64,000 nucleotides of DNA from positions 36,456,001 through 36,520,000 of the forward strand of contig NC_043012.1 in assembly GCF_006345805.1 (NCBI RefSeq), read 5' to 3'. A program made the translations under genes and the position numbers. This DNA comes from Octopus sinensis (Eukaryota). Within the stretch, counting starts at the first letter, position 1. Each line of letters opens with the position of its first letter. Of the stretch, positions 27,132 to 61,553 are shown one piece after another. The notes under the pieces are model-generated. The model made no database searches, was not told where the DNA came from, and saw only the letters and a program-made list of their open reading frames with translations.

Positions 27132-27532
27132 ATTTGAGACTGTCAGGCATTGCCATTTGTATGAGGTTTTCTAAGACCATTTCAAAATGGAACCGTCTCC
27201 CGTTTTATATTTGAATTACTACACCCAGCTGTAAAAACGATAATGCGTACAAATGTCTAGGTTTACAAACACATCCCACCTACACGTGTGTGGAATGTAA
27301 GAACACTGAAGATGCAGCTCCCCTTGATAAACAATTGAAACGATATGAAAGGATTGTAGAGAGATATTTGTTGCTGTTAATGACTCGATCATGTCATTGG
27401 TTGATATACATGTCAATAGAAGGGACTGGAGAGGGTTTTTTTGCAAAGGTTTATTAATAGAATCTGCCAAGATGTTAAGGTAGAGATACACACTTGCCAA
27501 GAGTATGAGGTAGAAACGGAAACCGCTGAAAA

Positions 27533-28030
27533 GTGTGAGGCACAGGTAGAAGTGGCTAGTGTGGGACACGGATGAAAATGGCTGCAGTGTGAGGCACAGG
27601 TAGAAATGGCTAGTGTGGGACACGGATGAAAATGGCTGCAGTGTGAGGCACAGGTAGAAATGGCTAGTGTGGGACACGGATGAAAATGGCTGCAGTGTGA
27701 GGCACAGGTAGAAATGGCTAGTGTGGGACATGGATGAAAATGGCTGCAGTGTGAGGCACAGGTAGAAATGGCTAGTGTGGGACACGGATGAAAATGGCTG
27801 CAGTGTGAGGCACAGGTAGAAATGGCTAGTGTGGGACATGGATGAAAATGGCTGCAGTGTGAGGCACAGGTAGAAATGGCTAGTGTGGGACATGGATGAA
27901 AATGGCTGCAGTGTGAGGCACAGGTAGAAATGGCTAGTGTGGGACATGGATGAAAATGGCTGCAGTGTGAGGCACAGGTAGAAATGGCTAGTGTGGGACA
28001 CGGATGAAAATGGCTGCAGTGTGAGGCACA
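27533..28030. repeat. 54-bp minisatellite, 9.2 copies
   Basis: Unit GTGTGAGGCACAGGTAGAAATGGCTAGTGTGGGACAYGGATGAAAATGGCTGCA; explains the 18-aa periodic ORFs. Confidence 0.97.
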
Positions 28031-29282
28031 AGGGATTACTGCCAGGGTACAAGGCACTGTGTGTGTGTGTGTATATGATTTCCTTTTTTTTTTTTTATCT
28101 TGTTTCAGTCATTGGACTACAGCCATCCTGGGGCACTGCTTTGAATTTTAGTCAAACAAATCAATTATTCTTATTTTTTGGTGTTTCTGGGGGGTTTTTT
28201 TCAGTCTGGTATTTATTTTATCAGTTTCTTTCCCTGAGCTGCTAATTTACAGGGACACAAACACACCAACTCTGGTTGTGAAACAGTCTTGGAACCCTGT
28301 TTTGTAGCTTTGTGATTTTGATGATGCAGTTGTTTACTTTTACAATGACATTGTAGAATAGGTGTGATGGGTCTGATCTGGCCAGATTGAACATAAGAGG
28401 TAGAACACTTTGGCTGGATGAAACCAGTTCAAATGCTGAAGGGTTGCTGACCAATATTATTTCTTTAATTTCCAATCGCTCCATGGATTTAATGCTTCAG
28501 ATTTTATAAGAGAATTACAGAGTTGTGATATTTATGCATTTCCTGAGGTGGAGAGCATTCACTTCCCATCTGTTACATTGGTGTTAGGTTGACGTGGCGG
28601 CTGGCCAACCATCATAGACATTGTGGATACCACTCGACATTGATGTGTCATGTGGACAGAAACACATCAATCATAGTGTGAGAGACTGTCTAAATATGTA
28701 GACATATACAGACTCAGTGTGTGTGTGAGAGTGAAAGTGACACAATATGTCAGTCTTACATTTGTCTGCATATAATGCAGGACATGATTCCTCGGTTAAT
28801 AATGACGATAAACTCTCACAAATGGGGGTAGACATTTATTTAATAAGGAATTAATCTCAGTGCTGGGTCAAGGAACCTTTTTATCTTTTATGCACTTCAG
28901 TCACTAGACTGTGGCCATGCTGGGGCACCAACATTAATTCTTAAACGAATGAATCATCCTCAGCACTTATTTTTTTGTTTTCTAAGCCTGGTGCTTATTC
29001 TATTGGTCTCTTTTGCCAAACCGATAAGTTTTTGGGATGTAAACACACCAACACCAGTTGTCAAGTGATTGTGGTGGTGTTGTGGTAGGACTTCTTTCAG
29101 TTTCTATCTACCAAATCCACTCAAGGTTTTGGTCAGCCCTAGGCTATTGTAGAAGATACTTGCCCAAGGTACCACACAGTAGGAATGAACCTGGAACCAT
29201 GTGGTTGAGAAGCAAACTTCTTGCCATGCTGCCGTACCTATATATGTATATATACATATGTACATACACACACACATACATC

Positions 29283-29313
<31 letters not shown>

Positions 29314-32300
29314 CTTTCATTTCATTTCATCTAGTTTCAGCTCACAAGCTGTGGCCTTATATATATATATATATATTAGAAAAAAAACACCTTTTATCAA
29401 TTCAAAATGAATAATTCAATTACACCATTTAGAAAATTACAGATAATAGAAATATTAAAATTAAAATAACAATAAAATACCAATGATTAAGTAAATTGCA
29501 AAAAAAAATTATAATAAAAACATATATAATTGGTATATAATATTCCCTCATATATATATATAAATATATATATATAAACAGCAAATTGGTCATCTTCACT
29601 TATAGCCATTTCAATTAATACTCAATAAACATTAAATTTACATTTATGCAACATGAATTCAATATATATATATATTTTCAAAGGCCACATAAAATTAAAT
29701 CTGATTTAATAAGGCCACATTAAAGAAAGCTTTAAATCTCCCCTAGATTTGTATTTATTATGAAAATTTAATTGTAAATATTGATTTTTGATGTAATCGC
29801 ACGGTTAAATTACAAACAGTAAAGAAATATAAATGAAAAAAGATTGTAACTAAATGCCATAAGTCAGTTTATCTGATGCTCTGCCGATTTTGTGACTCTG
29901 ATTCTTTGTAGTAATCATTATTGTTTAACGGCCATCGTCCATGCTGGCATGGGTGGAACACCTTTCTAATATGAGCATAAGGTTTGAAGTTTTGAGAGAA
30001 GGATTAGCTGATTAGATTAACCCTGGTACTTGGCTGTTACTTTATTTTATCAATCCTGAGAGGATTAAAGACAAAGTTGACCTGTGGCAGGAATTGAACT
30101 CGGAGCATAATTATTCTTGCTAATTGGATAAATCAACTTAAACTGTGAGCAACAGCATTTCCACCACAAGTGACTGCAAGTCATATTGCAATCAATAAAA
30201 AATGTTGATGTAAACATTTCACTTAAAACATCAATGTTGTTTGTAATTTTTTTGTCAATCAATACAGGTTTTATGTTGAGAATTGTGATCGTTTCTCTCT
30301 CTCCATTAACCCACATATCAACTGTTCCGATGACATAAGTTCAGTGTTGTCTATAAATATTGAATCCTGCCACACATAACACAAGGCCACATTTGGTGCA
30401 AGGCTGTCTGTTCGCAATAAACTTATCGTATTTCTGCTGGAATCCACAAGTCTTGTTCCATTGAAATTTGAAGACATTGAGAACACAGTGAAATAACTTT
30501 TGATTTTCTGCTGGTTTTTGAAAGAGAAATTTGATGGAAGGCTTTTAGATCATTTGAAAACAGTAGGTTTGTATCATAGAGCCAGGAGTGGTGGTCTTAG
30601 GTGGGTTGGTAGCCAAAGATTCTAATCACCTTCATTGCTTGGCTACTATTGTATCAATCCATCATCAAAGCATGTGGCTTAGTGGTTGGGGTTTTTGGCT
30701 CATGATCATAAGATTATGGGTTCAATTCTCAGTAGGGCATTGTCTCCTTGAGCAAGTCACTTTATTTCCTGTTGCTCCAGTCCATTCAGCTGTAATTCAA
30801 AAGGGCCAGCCTTGTCACATTCTGTGTCGCACTGAACCACCCTGAGAACTACATTAAGGGTACACGTGTGTCTGTGGAGTGCTCAGCCACTTGCACCTTA
30901 ATTTCACAAGAAGGCTGTTCCATTGATTGGATCAACTGGAATCCCTGTTATATCCCTGAGTTAACCAATGCAACATGAGAAAATTTGGTGGATGGAAACT
31001 GCAGAAAGCCCCATGGTATGCTATATAAGCTTGCCTGATTACTGCACTATCTCTGCATGAAACTTAAAGTAGCTCAAGTATAAATTCCGTTTTTATTAAA
31101 TATTTATTTCTCGCTGGATTACAAACAAGCAAGCAATGCACTCTCTCTCCCCCTCATGTGTGTGTGTATGTATATGTATTTTTCTTTTACTCGTCATTTG
31201 ACTGTGGCCATGCTGGAGCACCATCTTCAGTCAAACAAATCAATCCCAGGACTTATTCTTTGCAAGCCTAGTACTTATTCTATCAGTCTCTTTTGCTGAG
31301 CCGTTAAGTTATGGGAACGTAAATGCACCAACATTGGTTGTCAAGCGATGGTGGAGGGACAAACACAGACACACATACATACATATATACACACACACAT
31401 GACAGGCCTCTTTCAGTTTCTATCTACCAAATCCACTCACAAGGCTATGGTTGGCTCGAGGCTATAGTAGAAGACACTTGCCCAAGGTGTCGTGCAGTGA
31501 GACTGAACCTGGAATCATGTGGTTGGGAAGCAAGCTTCTTACCACACAGCCACACCTGTGTATATATATATATATTGTGCATGAATGTAGATGTTCTACA
31601 CTGTCACTACTCGACCACAGTTGGGTTTATGCTGACAAGATTTGTTTATTCTGTGAATAAAGAAAGCCATGGGTTGGTGACAGGAAGAGCATCCAGCTGT
31701 AAAATCCTGCCTCAAATAGATCTTCATCCAAACTCATGCTTTCACAAACAAAATTAACCAACAAAAATGCAAAATAAAAATAGAAAATAAGAAAAGAAAC
31801 CTCTCACAGCATTGATCTGACTTCAATTATGGTTTCATTTCTGATTGCTTCAGGAACTTCCAGGAGACTTCTTGTCTCTAGAACCTCTGATTCTCTCACT
31901 CTCTCTCTCTTTCTCTCTCTCCCACTCTTTCTCTCTCTCTCTCACTCTCTCTCTCTCTCTCTCTTTTTTTCTCTCTCTCTCTCATATAAGAACCAGTCTC
32001 ATAAAGAAGAAAAGAAAAGAATGGATGCAGTCGGTTGAGTTTGAAGAATCTTTTAAATGTCTTTCCTGTCTCTTGTGGTTTAATGGCTTTATTTTCGGTC
32101 AATACTATTGACCGAAACATTTATAGACTGTCCGACATAATGTCAACATAATTGACATTCTGTCAGACAATGCTACAACCTCCTAGAATCGATAGAATTG
32201 GTACTTTTAACAGAACACACTCTTCAAAGTTTGCACTGTAAAGTGTTATCAACAGATATCTATTCTTTGAAATTAAAGAAATCGTTTTAATGTTAACTTA

Positions 32301-33049
32301 AAGAATTTGAATCATGAAGATTTCTTTTTTGCTGTCTTCTTTTTTAACATTTTGTTCTTTGATAAAATTAGTATTTTTCCTTTTTTTTTTGTCTTTTTTT
32401 TTTTTTTAATTGAAATTGTTTTTTGTGAATCGGTCTTGTGAATTACAGGGCAACATCATTAGTGCTGATCTGACAAAAAGGGGAAAAAAAGCACCCAGTA
32501 CACTTTAAATTGGTTAGCATTTGGGGAGGCATCCAACTATAGAAACCATGCCAAAGGTGTCGCGGAGTCGGTGGAGTTTCACATAGTCTTGTGACTAGTT
32601 GGAGCCTGTCAAACCATCCAACCCCTGCTGGCATGGAAGATAGTGATGATGGTGATGACAGTCTGTAAATATTTATTTTGTCTAGTTGAAAGTTGAGTTC
32701 GTGTCAGCAGGATTTGATGTAAGGATTGCAAAGTCTGGAAAAGTGACATTGCAGCTTGGCAAATAGGGTGAGGTGACAGACAGACATCTCGTGTTGTCAT
32801 TGCTGTCCTTAAGAACCTGTGCTACCAGTTCTGTGAGTGTGTGTTCTATTCAGATGGGTGCAGTGTTTACTAAAATGGTGTAGACAGGCTGCATTGAGGT
32901 GCAGTGAAAGAGAGAGAGAGAGAAAGTAGGTGTGGAAGAGTTTGTAATAATATTACCTGTTGATGAAATGGGTCAGACTAGACATGCCGTGGTTGGTGGG
33001 TGTGAAGAGTGACTACATTAAATTAGTATAGCATTGGTGACACCTATTA

Positions 33050-33320
33050 AGTCAATATTGCCACAAAAGGTGGTGATTCTGTATCGAATGATGCCAGAAG
33101 CATTCTAAACAATGAGGTGTAGGATTGCAGGAGGTTGTAAATGTAATGTTGAGCAAAATTTGATCTGGTAAAATTATCCAAGCAATTGGTCAGCAAAAAC
33201 TCTATCAAAGGGTCTTAAAATCTAAAAACAAACTGGGCATATGATTCCAAGAAGCTCAATTGATGAGAATTTTTAGACATTATTACAGACCATGCAAACT
33301 GGAAATGATCTGGTTTAGTG
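33050..33320 (-). mobile_element. Decayed LINE reverse-transcriptase fragment (L2/Rex-like)
   Basis: PDHFQFA...LSFLES.AQFV followed by FLDFK-FDRV (frameshifted). Confidence 0.4.
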
Positions 33321-33743
33321 AAGTCAGCTGGTGAAAGCAACACATGTTTCAGGTTTATTGGACCTCTTCAGTGAAGTATTTTCTATTCAACTGGCAAAAC
33401 CAAGTTATCAATATATATCATCATCATCATCATTTAATTGCCACTTTCCCTTGTTTGCATGTGTTCAGACAGGATTCCTTAAAGCAGATTTTCTATAGCC
33501 AAATGTCCTTCCTATTGCCAACCCTTACTGTTACCAAGCAAGGTAAAATATTTCCCTATGGCCAGAAATGTTTTTGCAGAAAATTGGAAACATCATTTGC
33601 AAGCATCACATGATGTCTAGACAAGGCTACATACAAACGCATATACACAAGCACGCATATACACACACGTATGTTTGTGTTTATCTATTTGATTGTTATA
33701 TTATATTTGTTTTCTCTTTTCAGCTGCTTGAAAGTGTAAATCT

Positions 33744-33793
33744 ATGATGTCTGCTAGTTTCTTCCACTCCTTATCAATGCACTTGTTGCCAAG

Positions 33794-33797
<4 letters not shown>
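33744..33797 (+). other. Upstream ORF in the first coding exon (MMSASFFHSLSMHLLPR*), stop overlapping the CDK start codons
   Basis: In-frame ATGs at 33744, 33747 and 33777; TGA at 33795-33797 inside aagATGATGa. Confidence 0.75.
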
Positions 33798-56955
<23,158 letters not shown>

Positions 56956-58585
56956 AAATTTGCTGACAGCGCTGCTAGATACTGTGATTCCTCTTACTTT
57001 TATTTTGGTTAGTAACCAAAGATTGACTTAGTCAACTGTACTTTAGTAAGAAAAGTTTTTGTGGCCACGGATAAAACAAACAGCAACTGTTGGGAGCAAA
57101 GGCAGAGCATGTCCATTGTACTAACCATGATAACAACTGTGCCAACCACCAACTTTTGGATGTGTCTCTCTTTCTCTCTCTCTCTCTCGCCTGCTCATTC
57201 GCTTTCTCCCTCACGCATACACACACACACACACACTCTCTGTCTCTCCCCTCTCTTGCTCTTTGTTTCTCTCTCTCTCTCTCTCTCTTTTCCCCACCTC
57301 AGGGATACACTTTACTCTAGACTTGATCTCGGACAACTGCCACACTTTGAAACTTGATGTCGCTGAACATTTTACACAGAAATGGGCTGTTCACTATCTG
57401 TGGAGAGAAGTGGGTGATGGTGCGTTCACTATCTGCGGCAAGCAGCAGGGGTGGTGGTCGTGTGTTCATCGGGTGATGCGTTCACTGTCTGTGAAGAGCG
57501 ACAGAAACGTTGACGTTCACTTAACTGTGGACAGCAGCAGAGGTGGGAGGGGATGAATGTTCATAGAGTGATGTATTGTCCACTCTCTTTGGAGTGTAGG
57601 GTGTGTTCACTATCTGTGGAGAGCAGGGTGGGGTGCAATGATGTGTTCACTCTCTGTAGCGGAGGAAGCGGAGTAATGTGTTCACATAGTTCTGAAGAGA
57701 GTCAGGGGTGTGGAGTCTTGTGTCCACATATTATGGGAAATGGTGCGGTCAGATGATGTGTTAACGATTTGTGTAGTGTTGCCCAACAGTAGAGAGTGAC
57801 TAGTTTTATTTATTTATTTATTTTAAAATATTGTCTATTAAATAAAAACTCTCTGCTAAATGCTGCTAACAACAGCAGCTGATGTCCTACTGTCTATAGA
57901 AATATGTCCTAGCTCTCTCATCTAGCATCTGTAATCAATCTGCTGGTAGTATTCTTGGCTTAGAAGATCTCCTTTTAATTTCATTTTGTTCCACTTTGAT
58001 ATATCAACTTTTAGCTGATGAAGGAAAAATACAAAACAGAATCCCTTTCAAACTTACATTTAGTTAGGGTCGTTTTTATAAAGAACAGCAATGACAACTG
58101 TTGTGAGGTGTTCTTTAAAAGACGAAATGCTTAGCGGTATTTCGCTTGTCTTAACGTTCTGAGTTCAAATTCCACCGAGGTTGACTTTACCTTTCATCCT
58201 TTCGGAGTCGATAAATTAAGTACCAGTTACACACTGGGGTCGATGTAATTGACTAACCCCCCCCCCAAAAAAAAAATTGAGGCCTTGTGCTTCCAGCAGA
58301 AAGGATTATTATTATTAGGATGATGGTTTAGCAGAATCCTTTACCAGTCAGAAGAAATGGTGTGCAACATTTCTTCCAACTCCTCTGTTCTGGGTTCAGA
58401 TTCCAACAAGGTTGACTGAGCATTTCATCCTTTTTGGGGTTCAATAATATAGAAATACTGGGTTTTCAATGTAATCCCTTATCCCTTGCCCCCATGAAAG
58501 ATGTCATTGGGTGCAGACAATAGTTTTAAAGTGTAATGTTATCTCTTTGTTTTTTGTTTTTTTGTTTTCTTTTGTCTTTCCCTAG

Positions 58586-58680
58586 GGTTCATCATCTGGA
58601 CGTCATGGAAGTTGGTTTTGCATGGAATTCTCTCTGTCCAAACCATTCTTCCTGAGAACCACCACAACCATAGCACTTAG
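58586..58680 (+). other. Candidate alternative terminal exon (GFIIWTSWKLVLHGILSVQTILPENHHNHST*) or 3' UTR exon
   Basis: Very long polypyrimidine tract ending ctttccctag at 58585; phase-1 compatible with exon 15; TAG at 58678-58680; AATAAA at 59062 and 59387. Confidence 0.4.
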
Positions 58681-59061
58681 ACTAACCAATATTATTCTCT
58701 TTGACTTCCAACATCTCACTAAATTCTGTGTTTGGATCCTTTGTCAAAAATGTTACCACAAATGCTCTGTACCTCCCCCAGTGCCCGGGCGACGACGATG
58801 ATGAACGTCACACAATCTTCTCTGTTGGACAGGTCCAATGGAATAGCGACATATTCATCCTCACTGACTTAATCATTAACACTCATCATTTTAATAATAA
58901 TAATAATAACAATAATAATAATAATTTCTTGTGGCTTGAAGATAAAACTATTAATATACAGGTCGACAGTCCGATCAATCCCCAAAAAACATTTGGCACC
59001 AAAATAGATGCAGTGAATGATTTATCTTGTTGCTCTACCAACTGGCAATCCCACCATCCTT

Positions 59062-59392
59062 AATAAAAATAATAATAATAATAATAGTAGTAGTAGTAGT
59101 TGTAGTAGAAGTAGTAATATTGATATTGCATTGTTGCCATATATCATAGATTCCCCACCCCTCTCTCTCTCTCTCTCTGATGTAGCTGTTCCATTCAGTA
59201 TTATGACTGGTAGACATATCCACCCAAGTATTGTAACCGGTTCTTGTATCACACTAAACCATCACTAATGATGGTAGTGTCACAATGCGCTGTGACATGT
59301 GCCTGTGTCACAATGCGCTGTGACAGGTGCCTGTGTCACACTCTGCTGCTTTGTCCCAGTTCACTTTTGTCAGGGAATGTTTCTGGAATAAA
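59062..59392 (+). terminator. Candidate polyadenylation signals (AATAAA at 59062 and 59387; another at 57841)
   Basis: Hexamer matches downstream of the CDK stop; AT-rich background makes them non-specific. Confidence 0.25.
59277..59340. repeat. 28-bp tandem repeat (2.3 copies) with internal palindrome TGTCACA-N6-TGTGACA
   Basis: Direct reading. Confidence 0.9.
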
Positions 59393-60256
59393 CATCTCGA
59401 TGGACCGTAAAAGCTCATCGTTTGAACCACAAAACAGCTGCAGTGGTCATTAAGCTTGACCAACAATAATTACAATTGCAGTGGTCACTACCAAAGTCCA
59501 ATGTTACAGTGGCAGGTCAGACTATTGACCTGGTCTGACAGTCAAGTTATCGAATGACCTTTTTCTGTCACTGTATTTGTTTCAAGTGTTACACTGGACT
59601 TGGTGACATTGAAATATCCAGTGACATGTGTCAGCTGGCCTCTGTTTCCCTGTTTTTTCTCTGACTAGCAGCAGTGTCACACCATACTGGCCCAGCTACA
59701 TGTTACAATATTGTTACTAGTAGCTACTACATCATACTGTGACTGGCAGCTTTGTCACACTCTACTGCGACAGCTACATATCATACTATAGTGCAACAGC
59801 TTCATGTGTCACACTACATTGTGACTAGCAGCTGTGTCACATATAATGATTGCTGCCTGTGTCACATTATATTGTGACATTGTTGTGTCACATATATTCG
59901 TGAGTTCCAACTTGTCACATTTTTTGGTGACTGCCAGCTGGATGTGATGAATGTCTCTTCATCATCTTTCACTTCATTTACCACAGAATAACAATGTCTG
60001 GCAGCCATGTCGCATGCATTTAGTGTGACTGGCTGTTGCGTTTTATATTGTATGGTTTCAGACTTCATGCCATGGTCGTACTCTACTGTAATACAGTTCC
60101 ACAGCTAGAATATCACAGAATAGAGGTGTCTGCTACCTTAGTGTGACCAGTGGCTGTGTTACACTGTACTCCAGTGACCTCTGCCCTCTGTTACTGTGAT
60201 GTAATATAGTTCCAGAGTAACAACTATTGCCACCACATATAATATAAATATGATGG

Positions 60257-60563
60257 TGCATGGCTCAGTTGTTAGGGTATTAGGCACACAATCATAAGAT
60301 GGTGAGTTCAAATCCCAGCACCATGTATCCTTAAGCAAGACACTCTTTCACCTTGCTCCAGTCCATTCACCTGGCAAAATTGAGTTGTTCCAGTAATTTA
60401 AAAAGAACCAGTCTTGTCACATTCTGTGTCACGCTGAATCTCCCTGGGAATTATGTTAGGGACATGCATGTCTGTGGAGTACTCAGCCACTTGCACGTCA
60501 ATTCCACAGGCAGGCTGTTCCATTGATCGGATCCGCTGGCACCCTCGGCCTTGTAACCGACTG
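60257..60563 (+). mobile_element. tRNA-derived SINE family F; others at about 2917-3225(+), 14315-14610(-), 19240-19425(-), 30688-30945(+), 53585-53810(+)
   Basis: GGCTCAGTNGTTAGGG and GAGTTCAAATCCC boxes, CTT(G/A)AGCAAGACACT core, shared 3' block CAGCCTTGTCACA...CCCTG(A/G)GAA...CAGGCTGTTCC. Confidence 0.85.
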
Positions 60564-61210
60564 AGCGACAGTCAAATAGAGACTTGGCCACACGCAAAAT
60601 GCAGCAGTGGTTTCACTTCTGTCAAATATGGCCCAGAAAGAAAGAGAGAGAGAGAGTGGAGAGACTTAACTAAGCTAAAAACTGTACCATTGAAGCCATC
60701 TTACAGTTTCAAAAATTTAGAACCAATTAGAAAATCCTTCTCTTTCCTTTAATTAGTTAATTAATACAAAGATTTATAATTGATATGCGTAGCAGATACG
60801 ATGTGACTGTCGTTATTTTGCTTTCTTCTTTTTTTAAACGTCCAGAAAATATATTTTTTATTTCAAAACTGAAAAATGGTTTTTCTTTCATTAGTTTTGG
60901 TCACACACACACACAACATACATACATACACATATGCATTCATAATATTCTGGTTTGTCAGGATTCTTAATATGGGATTATATCTTTCTTCTCCTTTGGG
61001 CTTGAAAAAGGACGCATCCGCGCTACCACCACCTCTTCCCCACCCCCCACGTCACTCGCTGCCGGTGACGGTGAAATCTGATGCAAGTGATATCAGAGGT
61101 AAATCATTCAGTTGAAATTCTCTTCATTTCTGAAGATCTCTTTCACATTCTTTGGTTGGCTGCCACCTCCCTCTTCCCCACCCACTCTCCTAATAACGAA
61201 ACTGTTTTTT

Positions 61211-61254
<44 letters not shown>

Positions 61255-61553
61255 AAGTAAGCAACAAGAATATCTTCGGTAATTTGGTACGCTCGTTTCA
61301 CGCTACATCATTTTATTAAACATTGTAAGTATTACATCAGTTTTAAATTGCTCAACATTTTAAAACTGATGTAATACTTACAATGTTTAATAAAATGATG
61401 TAGCGTGAAACAATCGTACCAAATTACCAAAGATATTCTTGTTGCTTACTTTGATTATAATCACCCCTTGGATTTATATGAATAACACCGTACAAAATTC
61501 TGGTACATCTGACTTAAGTACCATATCCATTTGAATCTAAATTTTGCTGAACT
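61255..61553. mobile_element. Second (TA)n-flanked fold-back element, 93-bp inverted arms (61255-61347 / 61359-61451) plus a one-sided tail
   Basis: 3 mismatches in 93 bp, 11-nt spacer, (TA)n on both flanks. Confidence 0.6.

Noticed and set aside
27219-28057. Longest ORFs in the track (277 and 214 aa, Cys/His-rich)
   Set aside because: They are translations of the 54-bp minisatellite; no domain, no flanking gene structure.
33340-33376. Minus-strand hammerhead-like CTGAAGA...GAAACATGTGTT
   Set aside because: Stem II only forms by using core A9, and stem I does not pair.
57879-58055. CTGATGT...GAAA (57879) and CTGATGA...TCAAAC (58015) motifs
   Set aside because: Each has a core substitution and incomplete stems; possible very old relics but not supportable.
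61390-61425. ATGATGTAGCGTGAAACAATCGTA as a hammerhead in the second palindrome
   Set aside because: C3 and A9 are substituted and there is no stem I partner.
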